Source: Octopus bimaculoides (Eukaryota). Taken from it: a stretch of 64,000 nt of DNA. Below, one piece after another: positions 53,590 through 64,000 of this stretch (positions within the stretch are counted from its first letter, which is position 1; each line of letters begins with the position of its first letter). Below the pieces are notes generated by a model. That model was not told the origin of the DNA. It did no database searches and saw only the letters and a program-made list of their open reading frames with translations. A program made the translations under genes and the position numbers. The stretch is taken from NCBI RefSeq assembly GCF_001194135.2, contig NC_068982.1:99013021-99077020 (forward strand), written 5' to 3'.

Positions 53590-54650
53590 TAGAGAAACAT
53601 ATTTATACACAGTTTTATAAACAAATGCTTCACAAATACCTATGTTGGTTGAGGTTGCTATAGAAATAATTAAATATATAAGAATATTAAAATTCTTATT
53701 TAAGTTTTTTTTCCAATTAATAGATTATTGAAAATATTCAAAATTGGTAGACAACTGGTAATAACAAATCAAAAGGTTCTGTTGATAATGAAAAATTCTA
53801 TGTATTAACCATAACTGAAATGTGCCAATAGAATTATCTATATAAAACAGATCTTAATCTTATTAATGAGATCAGTCTACAGGACACTTCTGGTCAATAT
53901 ATGCAAATATCCTTCAAATGAAAAATGTGTTGTTTTTCATGTAAGTGACATGAAATCGATTGGTTGTGAGTGAGTGATCATAATAGTTTAAGGTTCAAGA
54001 CTAAATAAGTAAAATCTTAATGTATATCAGAATAACTTGGTGTAGTATTTAATGGCAAATGAGAAAATAGCAAATATATAATAATTTTCAAATGGCCACT
54101 CATGAAGATGCTAATCAAATTAGTCATAATTCTCTCTATTTTAGTATTAGCACAGCTAATATCCAACTTTGACATCAAGAACTTCATCTATTGGCTTTTT
54201 GAACATTACTTTGGTTTTTTTTACATGTTCATTCATCACCCTACCATCTTAAATTTTGTGTTAAGTTGTTCTGACATAGTTTGAAGATATGTCAATAATT
54301 AAGCTGAATTAGAAGATGACAATAAGAAATAATTTACTGAACAGGAAAAAATTGGACACTGGAAAAAGTACAAGAATGGCTGTAATAAGTCTTATAGATT
54401 CACTAAGCCTCAGTCAACATTTCTTAGGAGAAAAAATGTAATGCATGCTCTTTAGATAAATTACAGGTTCCTATAAGAGTACATATGAAGTATGATGTCT
54501 GCTATTAATTTTACTCAAAACATCAGAGGTGGTGATGACATTTCAGAAAGAAAAAAAACAATTAGAAAATACAGTTCTATATTTAAGAGATAAGGAATTA
54601 TGTACATTATTTAGAATTGACGGATATTTGTCGTCGTCTTGTTTGTTGTT

Positions 54651-54696
54651 AACACAATATTTCGGCTGATATACTCTCTAGCCTTCATCAGGTGTC
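54651..54696 (-). ncRNA. Minimal hammerhead motif, copy 2 left arm
   Basis: GACAC CUGAUGA A GGCUA...CAGCC GAAA UAUU GUGUU; still palindromic (AUAU) at helix III. Confidence 0.6.
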
Positions 54697-54852
54697 TTGG
54701 GGAAATTTCGAACCTGGGTTCTCATTCCTAAGGTATTTTTCGATGTTGTTATTGTTATTATTATTATTCAAGTCACTGCTTGGAATCGAACTCAGAATAA
54801 CAACATCGAAAAATACCTTAGGAATGAGAACTCAGGTTCAAAATTTCCCCAA

Positions 54853-54898
54853 GACACCTGATGAAGGCTGGAGAGTATATCAGCCAAAACGTTGTGTT
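54853..54898 (+). ncRNA. Minimal hammerhead motif, copy 2 right arm (GAAA changed to AAAA)
   Basis: gacac ctgatga a ggctg gagagtatat cagcc aaaa cgtt gtgtt. Confidence 0.5.
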
Positions 54899-57800
54899 AA
54901 CAACAAACATGATGAGGACAAATATCCGTCAATTCTAAATAATGTAAATAATTAGAAATTGTTCATTATAATTAATGACAGGGTTGTGTCATCTATGTAT
55001 TTAATAGTATAAATCTATTAGTTTTGGTATTGTTTAATGTTGAAATGTAAGATATCATAAAAGAGAAAGTATTGAGAGAAACAAAGTTATCTATTATTTA
55101 ATGCAAATCTAAGAGACAGACTGTGATCAAGTGTATGTAAGTAGCAGTTGAAAATTAGAATCTTAAAATCATCAAACTGCTTGCAAAAGAGATAGATACA
55201 AAGAACCAAATAAAATGCTGAGAGTTCATAATTGGCAACAGTTCTAAAATGGCATACCATTAAAAACAAAAATTAAAGAAAAATACAAGGAAACTATTTT
55301 ACAAGCTGAACATAAAATATGATGATAATGATGATCAAATTATTAAATTATACAAACACTTTTGTTTAGCTATAAGAAGACACACCTTTACAAATTCTCA
55401 ACTAGATAATGATGAATAAAAACAAATTGGCAAATTTTCTCAACAAACAGAATGTGATTAAAAAAATTTTAAATGAAAGTGATTCAATCTGTGACAAATG
55501 TTGCGTAGCTAGTGAGAAGCTCTACTAGCATGCAACTGTGAAGGGAAAGATGTATAAATGCAGCCATTAGAAGGTGATAGTACTCTGACTTGAGGCAATC
55601 TATACATATCATAGCTGACTGCTTCTAGTAAGCAGTTGCTGTAGAGCAGAAAGGAAGCAGAAGAAAATGATATAAGATGTTGATAAGGTAGTTGTACTTT
55701 CTCTTAAATAAATAGTCTGTAAACTTCCATGTTGTAACTTCTTTTAATTATATCCAGATAAGAATTGCCATTCATGTATTAGAAATCTCATCCTCTTAAC
55801 TGTGCATAGTATTCCATATTTAGTATTGTGCTTCTTCAATAAAATCTGTTAGATTACATTATATGATTATGATATTATATAGTACAATATCTTTAAAATA
55901 ACAATTTTTTTTCATATTTTTTATTTCTGGTGAAGTTTTAGTGATATCTAAAAAAAACAGTCACGATGACAATGGAAATATATTACCTATATTAGCTATA
56001 GCAATATTTCCTATAATGACTTAGGTATCAACAATATCAAATCTCAACAAAACTTCTTAGATTCTTACAGACCTAGCTAAAAAGCAGGAGCCTACAGTTT
56101 GAGTAAATTTTCAAGTCAAAGAGTAGATAAGAATTCATGGATTATGTTAACTCATTGGAATTTTTTCTCTTTAAAATATTTGCATTTTGATTGTTCTAAG
56201 GAAAGTGTGTTTAAAGGAAAATATAGCGAAAATAATTTTGAGTAATAGATAGAAAGATTGTACTGTTAAGGAAAATAGATTGACTGAGCTAATATAGAAG
56301 GCTGACATAGACAGAAGCTGCAGTAGTAATGATTTCTAATACTGATTCAAAGCTACAAATTGAGGGAGGAGCATATGGTCAAATAAATTCACTCCAGTAC
56401 TGGTATCAACTGCCAGAAAGATGAAAGGGAAAGTTGACCTTGGTGGAAGTTTAGCTCTAAGAATTGACCAAGTACAGCAAGGTAACTTTGTTCACTGCTT
56501 TACTAATTCTGCTATCTATGTCTTAAAAGCTGAAGTAAAATTGGAAGTAAAATAATGAAGAAATGATAGGTGACACTGTGCAGACTAACCAAAGGAATGG
56601 GCCAGTCATAATCTGAAGACAAATTAATCTATCAATCTAAAATATAGTGATGCACATGCCTTATATGTAAATATATAAAAATCATATTCTCTGCCTACTC
56701 ATAGTTAATCCATTTCCATGTCCAATAACTCAAGTTCATCTTAAATGATCAAATACCAGTGGATAATACTGTTTTTAACTAACCTGCGTTATGTATTTTT
56801 AAATACACGTCGAAACTACAACTCAAGTACCTGATTTAAATGAAACACCTTACCTATCTTACTAAACTGGGAATTTCTATACACACCATAATCTTTGTGG
56901 TATGTGTTGTTTACTGTTAACATGATTACATTTGGAATATTTCAGTTCCAAATTCAACAAAATTGAATTTTGATGTTCATTCTACGGAGTTAAGTTTCTT
57001 TTGTCATCTTCCTAGACAATGCATTGACTACAAGATCTTACAATTTCTCTCAAAGCCTTCAAATAGGAATATTAGTACCTTTTATATTAATGAAGCTAGC
57101 ATCATTAGGCACTTCAAACCTCAATCCAACAACTAATCAGGTACTTATGACTAACATGTTTATTATCATTACTAAGATGTTTATTCACTGAGTACTTTCA
57201 CTTCTGTCACAATGGTTTCAGTGTTCTTTTAATGTTTCAATCCGAGATGCTCAATTCTAAATTAAGGTTTGTTAGAGTCAAAATATTGAATAACTATATT
57301 TCTCTCCATTTTTAATTAAGTGGCTTCTATCACCTACACCTCATACTTTCTATCATATACCAAAGATCCTGCTCTAGTAACAATTTCAGTTCAGCTTCAT
57401 TCAAGCTGTCTCTGCTCTGAAATTTGAACTGTGTCTGTTGGTGAACATACTAATATGCAAGTATCTGCACTTTTGCTTAAAAGGTGAGACATGAAAAGAG
57501 ACAATAAGAAGAAGCATAACTATTACTGATAGATGTGAGAAGGCACTGCACTGACTTTCCATCATAGGAAATGAAAATGATGAATCACACAGACTGCTGG
57601 CATGTCGGTGAAGTTAACAACATAATTGACTAATTTTGTAAAACTTATCCATGATAGGAAAACAGTGTCATTTATTTATCCTTTATGACTGAGTTGAAAC
57701 ATGGCATGTGAGTCAGTGGATATTGATGCCAGTTAATGTTAATCAGACACGTAGCATTGAAATGTCCAGCTCTCCAAATGCAGCATGGAAGCTCACTTAT

Positions 57801-58499
57801 GATCATTTAATAAAATTTGTACTCTTGCTTTTATTTATTCATTTTATATTTTCTACTGCATTCCTTTAGTTTGCAAATTGTAACACTAATTAAATGACCT
57901 AACAAAATCAATATGCCAAAAAACAAAAAAAAAACAAAAAAAAAATGATAAATTCCTGGCATATTTCACATGACAGAGATTTCTAAAAAGGTTTCCAAAG
58001 ACTTCATTTCATAAGTTAGAACCAAGATGTTATAGGACCAAAATCAATCAAATGTGAATGATGAAACCATTTTTTCATGCCTCGATTTATTTTAACTACA
58101 GAAATCTCAATTTTGTAGATAAAATAATTTTCCATGAAAAATTATACTCGCATTATTTAGAGCAAGCATATGAAATATATTCCTATACTACATATGGTAA
58201 TCATGGTTTCCTACATTAACAAAAAGCAAAAACATTTACAAGGGTCAAGTAAAGATGACTGAATCATCCTTTTCATACTTCATCAACCCATGAGAACAAG
58301 ATCTGAACTTGGAAGATAAAGGATTGTAGCTGTCACACCAGTTATGATATCTATTTACCCTCACAATATAATTACAATAGTGAAACTACATAAAAGGAGA
58401 TATATGCACCTATAAATGCAATACAGCATCATTACTAAAATTACCACCATCATCATTATATTTTATGTGACAATCCCAGTTTGTGACCTTGAATGAGTA

Positions 58500-59145
58500 T
58501 TTTCTCCTGTAGCTTTGTGTTGATAGTTATATCGTAAAGGAAATCTGGTTGATAGAAAACCACGTGTGTGCATGTTTGTGTCCACACCATCACCACCACC
58601 ACCACCACTTGAAAATCGGTACTGGTTTGTTTACATCCCTGTAACTTAGTAGATTAGCAAAAGGGACCAATAAAATTTAAGTACCATACTTTAAAAAAAT
58701 AAGTACTGGGGTCAATTTGTTTGACTAAACACTTAAAGGCAATGCCCTAGCATGGCTGCAGTCCAATGGCTGAAATAACTTCCATCATACAGCAGAATAT
58801 TCAAAAGATAAAATAGCTGCATAATTAAGAAGTCTGCTTTGCAACCATATGGTTCTAAGTTCAAGTCTACAGTAGCACCTAAAGCAAGTGTTTTTTTAGA
58901 ATAGTTTCAAGCTGACCAATGCTTTGTGAGTAGGATTTGGTAGAGGGAAAATGTGCAGAAATCTATAACACATGATAAGGTGTGTGTGTTTGTTTATTTT
59001 TATTTGTGATTAGCAGTTTGACAAATAAAGGTCAATAAAATAAGTACTATACTGAAATAGATGCTGGAGTTGATATGATTGACTATATCCTTGAACGTAA
59101 TGTCTCAGCATGTTCATGGCCCAATGACTGAAACCAGTAAAGCAG
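58500..59145 (+). mobile_element. Two adjacent old SINE-like copies
   Basis: Both end in ...agcatg..ca(g)tccaatg(a/g)ctgaaa. The first contains tgtttacatccctgtaacttag...aagtactggggtcaatttg. Confidence 0.55.
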
Positions 59146-60601
59146 TAGGGGTGTGGGTGGCAGTATATCTTACTAGTGTATATTAATACACTGCTATAAT
59201 ACATTCCTGAGTTTCATTTTAAAGCAAGACTATGTATGTTTTCAACATATAAATATGGTTCAATGCACCAACTTTTATCTCAATTTTATAACCACTAAGT
59301 AAAAATGTTCCACAAATGTACTGGAGGAAATAATATATGTGACTTGCATGTTAACATAACAATAAACAGATGGGATCTATTTAACCATTACTATCAGCCG
59401 GTACTAATATAACATTGACTGCCTTGTAATTGTATAAAGTCAAAAAATAATCTTGCCAGTTTGTAAAAACACTTCATTAAACATTTGTTTTGGCAAAGAC
59501 TTGATTGTAAAATTCCTGTAGTTTTATGGTGAGTTTAAGATAGTTTAAAGACAAATCAAATACTAAAATAATCTTATAACAGAAAAACATAAGTTCATGA
59601 CTAATATCAGCCAATAAAAGACACTAGTAACCTTGTTACACTAATTCAGGAACAGTCAAAATATTTTATTAAGAAATAGTGTTTTAGGTTAAACTAATAT
59701 AAAATAAATAAAGAGGGATACATTTATAGAAATTAGTAGCTATTAAAGAAAAATAATGAATAAGGGGAAAAAAGAAACATTTTAAAAGAACTATTAGGAT
59801 GTAACAAGAAAGTAGTGTCAGGTTTGAAGTAAACACTGGCTTCAACTATTCCATTGATAAAGAATAAAAATATAGAATGATTTCTTTTTCTACTTTTTGG
59901 GCATATCTCTTAGAAAGGAAAACATGAATAGTTTTTTTTCTTTCTAGTAAGTTAGTCAAGCTGGTAGGCACTGTCCATGATGTTTATAGACCTTCCATTC
60001 TGTTGAGGCTGAACTTTTGTAGGTCAATGCCAGCTCTGGGTAAAATGATTGGACAGAGTATGTTTAGCATGAGACAGGTAATGTAAGAGAGATAAATGAT
60101 GAAACAGATGCATTATTAATGTTCCCATTGAAGAAAGTTTTTGAGGCTCCTACCAGAGAGCTAATGCAAGCAGTGTTTTAACTGAGTGGGTGACGATTGT
60201 GAGCTAACGATTTATAGGGAGAATTAAATGTGACTGTAAAGTCATAAAGCACAGAATGAAAAAAAGCAGGAGACAGAGTACACATGGGTTCACAAAAAGT
60301 GGATAGGATGAAGTGCTATCAGCGTACATTTCAACAGAAAAGTCTGAAAAGATTCTCATCTAAGAGATCAAAGAAACCCATAAGCAACTAATTTAACTAT
60401 ATTCAGATGCTTTACCTACCTATATCAAAGACAACACTGCTTTTCAAAGGCAAGAAATTGCTGGCACATGATATAAAAGATAGGTCACCAGTAGATTGGC
60501 CATACGAGTGGGGAGGGAGGGAGTGAGAGACTTCAAGTTAAGAAAAAAGATAATACATTATTTACAATTGATGGATATTTGTCCTCATCTTGTTTGTTGT
60601 T

Positions 60602-60647
60602 AACACAACGTTTCAGCTGATATACCCTCCAGCCTTCATCAGGTGTC
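60602..60647 (-). ncRNA. Minimal type I hammerhead ribozyme motif (best-preserved copy)
   Basis: Reads GACAC CUGAUGA A GGCUG-(10 nt)-CAGCU GAAA CGUU GUGUU: helix I GACAC/GUGUU, intact core, helix II, and palindromic ACGU in place of helix III. Confidence 0.7.
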
Positions 60648-60806
60648 TTGGGGAAATTTTGAAACTGGGCTCTCATTCCTAAGGTATTTTTTGATGTTGT
60701 TATTGTTATTATTATTATTATTCAGGTCACTGCCTGGAATCGAACTTGGAATAACAACATTGAAAAATACCTTAGGAATGAGAACCCAGGTTCAAAATTT
60801 CCCCAA

Positions 60807-60852
60807 GAAACCTGATGAAAGCTGGTGGGTATATCAGCCGAAACATTGTGTT
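60807..60852 (+). ncRNA. Minimal hammerhead motif, copy 3 right arm (decayed)
   Basis: gaaac ctgatga a agctg gtgggtatat cagcc gaaa catt gtgtt. Confidence 0.5.
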
Positions 60853-63275
60853 AACAACAAACAAGATGAGGACAAATACCCGTCAGTTGTAAATAATGTA
60901 CATAATTCCCCATCTCTTAAATATAGAAAAAGATAGTTGTTTACAACCGTCTCCGTCACCTTTAGGGTATTATCAATTCAAAAGACTTAGCCCAACCAAC
61001 ACTACAATTTGAGGACATTTATCAGTGTAAAAGTCAGTAGAGAGTACAAACTATCAAGTAGAAGATTTCAAATATAGAAAACTTTTGAGTACTTTCTTTC
61101 TTGACTGGCATTTAAATTCACCAAATGTCTTTTTACTTAAATGTTTTCTAATTAGTCATACTTCATTACAGCCTGGTGTATAACATTTTATATATATTCT
61201 ATTTAAGGAAAAACCTAAAACAAATTTGATATTTTAAGAACTTCATTATGTACTAAATATCATTTTAAATTTGAAAGAATCACATTTACATTTGCTGAAA
61301 GACCATATCACTATACATAGACAACAGAATCAGGTTTAGAGTCAGCACCATACTAAAGAAATGTGATGTTGCAATAGGAACAAATATTAACCGGAACAAG
61401 TTGGTGGGCCTACAACTTGGCACCTGAAGAAGTAATCTTATGCTGGCCAGTATCATAAGTTGCTGGATCAAGTTAAGATGCATGGGATCTGGTTCAAGCC
61501 AGACCTCCACACCAATAGAAAATGACACAAGGTTATGAGCAGGGTAGCCAGTGTCTTTAAAATGGACTGAGAGGAGGCTATCTTTGAAAGGTTACAGTTA
61601 AGTAAGAATGGCCCGCATGAATGAGATCACTACAAACATGTGACTGTAGGCCTGAGAACACAAGTGAGAAGGCCCACATAATATTTAAGATATTCCAAGA
61701 TTTTTCAGTTTCTGTGGTAAGTCCTAGGTGGTTGTTGCCCTATTGAGATGTCCCATATCAGCCCTTTCATATATTGTTATGTCCAATGCCTCTTTTATTT
61801 ATCACAATTGATTCTGCAAACCACTCCACCTCTCATCATTTTATTAGTCTATCCTTGTAATGCTTCCTCACCTGCTGTCATTGAGATAAAATAAAATAAA
61901 TTATCATTGTGAACCAAAAAGAGACAATGAGGGACCAAGATGAATGGTAGTATGAGGCTCTTGAAAGGACCTGCCCAACTAAATGAGATTGTGTTCTGGA
62001 AGTGCTCTGTGTATGTGTGTGCACAACTGGGCCCTTCGCCCAAATTCCTCTTCAAGACACCACCCATCATCTCTCTAACTGCAACTCTTCTTTGATATCA
62101 CCTATTTTTCTTACTATCTGATACTATTTTACTTGCTACCAGTTCTTCATTTATTAATATTGTTCTCTCCACCTACAATGTATATTGATCACCCATTCCC
62201 TTGGGGGTTTGTAGTTTTGCAACCAGCATGCCAACCTCAGTAGTATCGGTGGCTTGAAAATAAAATTTAAAAAAGCACCTAGTACATGTTGTAAAGTGGT
62301 TGGGGTTTAGAAGAGTATCCAGTCATGACAAAGCAGACAATGGAGTACAATATAGTTCTTGGAGCCATCATATAGATATTAAATGACAATGACGATGATG
62401 ACAGCGTAAAATAGAGGGGCTAATAAAGCTTAGCTGGGTAAGAAGGTTATGGAAAGTTTTGATTTTTTTAATGGTATTTTCTTTATTGATCGGAAGACAA
62501 CACATTGTTAATTTTTCCCTTCTAATCAATCAACTGTGTGGGATATCAGTCACAAGCTACAAGAATGGTAATTATGAGTGTTGTATTAAAATTTGGGCAT
62601 CTATCAATTTGGTAATGAGATTTTTTGGCAGTTACTAGTATTCTGATATTCTGTAAGTAAACTAGTGCTGTATACATTGCTGTCCTTTGCCTTTTCTTCC
62701 CATTTTTTTTGTTTGTTTTTTTTTACTAATTAAAAAAGAAATACATAAATAAATGTTTAAGAGTGAGTTTTGAAGTTTTGAGGCCTAGAATTTCCAATAT
62801 TTTCACTATAGAAATACACATCATATTATATATACACTAAGGAAGGCATGTATGACTATGAGTACTTTAATTTTAATTTCTCATATCTTTAAATATTGAC
62901 GTCTAGTATTCAGAGATAAGCAATTTTTAAATGCATTTAATACTATATAACATGTAAGTTACATTATAATTATACATTCATAATACAGACATATGTGCTG
63001 AAATATGCATATAAATACATCATTTTGAAAACAAAGATACCAAATTTCTTATAGAAAGAAAGAGAAATAAGAACAAGGACAGACAGCATAGTTTTCTAGT
63101 CAGGAGACAGACAGACAGATGAGATAAAATGGAATGGTGGCAAAACTCAGAGTAATTTTCACAGAGGCATAAGTGAAACTTTGAGATCATGCTAGCTTAT
63201 AAATAAAAATGAATTTAAGAATATTTACATGCACAACAAAAAAACAATTTCAAAATGAAGAGATGTAACAGACAC

Positions 63276-63277
63276 AG

Positions 63278-63328
<51 letters not shown>

Positions 63329-63390
63329 GATAGATATCTTTTTATTATAGCCACACATGACTAAATACAGAAAATGGACAAATTACAATG

Positions 63391-63440
<50 letters not shown>
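63276..63440. repeat. Two (GATA)n tracts (63276-63336 and 63391-63440)
   Basis: Direct reading. Confidence 0.97.
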
Positions 63441-63441
<1 letters not shown>

Positions 63442-64000
63442 AAAAAAATTGAAAATGACAAAGATACGAAACAATAAAACAAGAGCTTAATCTATTGTAC
63501 ATATGCATTAATTTACAATTGAAATATCAAGTGGAGAAAATGTAAATTCAATCAATTTGTACAAAAATATTGGATAAATTAACAGGTTTCCACTGGAATA
63601 TAATCAACATAAATATTATTATTTAAACAATAGTAGGGTTAATAGATTGGCAGCTCTCCAAGGCATGAGCATTTTACCAAAGCATTTTAGAAAGAGAGGA
63701 TGAGAGAAGAGATATGGAAGAGAAAGAGAGAACACATAATAGTGTTACAGTTTGTTTTGTACACAAGAATGCAGCAAAAAGTCATTTTTACCTGACAAGA
63801 GAAAAGGAAGGTATAAGGAACCAAGAGATATACTAATTAATTCAAATTGATTTGAGCAAATTTATACATTTTTATATCATAAAATGCCATACCTTCTCTT
63901 TCTTCCTAAAAAAAAAAGAACCCAACTAATTACATAAATATTTAACTAATAATCATTTCCTAGCAATCAGGGAAAAGGTGTGACTCCTTCCAGTTGAATT

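Larger units (their letters stand above)
54571..54945. mobile_element. Palindromic tRNA-head/hammerhead element, copy 2 (centre deleted)
   Basis: Inverted arms homologous to copy 1, junction at about 54797. Flanked by aaacaattagaaaat (54556-54570) and aaataattagaaatt (54946-54960). Confidence 0.9.
60554..60928. mobile_element. Palindromic tRNA-head/hammerhead element, copy 3 (centre deleted)
   Basis: Inverted arms with the same junction as copy 2 (about 60752). Tail is on the right arm. Flanked by agaaaaa(a)gata at 60541-60552 and 60925-60935. Confidence 0.9.

Noticed and set aside
61290-62070. Possible LINE endonuclease relic (RGGVV-like motif on the minus strand)
   Set aside because: Too degenerate to support from motifs alone.
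52242-64000. Upstream DIP2 exons (DMAP1-binding domain)
   Set aside because: No ELSEGDITQKGYEKKR-like or RYHSE-like exon was found; they probably lie beyond the window.

Overview
AT-rich animal genomic DNA. The repeat content (RTE LINEs, tRNA-derived SINEs, dense microsatellites) resembles a cephalopod such as Octopus; this is an inference. There are three assembly gaps. The only host gene is DIP2 (disco-interacting protein 2) on the minus strand. Six in-phase coding exons (714 nt) are spread over about 52 kb, and the gene runs off both ends of the window. There is also a candidate 18-nt microexon and a candidate internal first exon. The introns hold retroelement relics (RTE, R4/Dong, HERO-like, Penelope-like, L1/Tx1 ORF1) and DNA-transposon relics (mariner, Tc1-like, hAT MITE). 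The most unusual feature is a palindromic element present in three copies plus a fragment. Each arm is a tRNA-headed SINE-like unit carrying a minimal Penelope-type hammerhead ribozyme motif. Each whole palindrome is flanked by an 11-15 bp target-site duplication and has a ~30-nt tail on one arm only. Most ORFs in the supplied track are artefacts of N runs, microsatellites or repeats.
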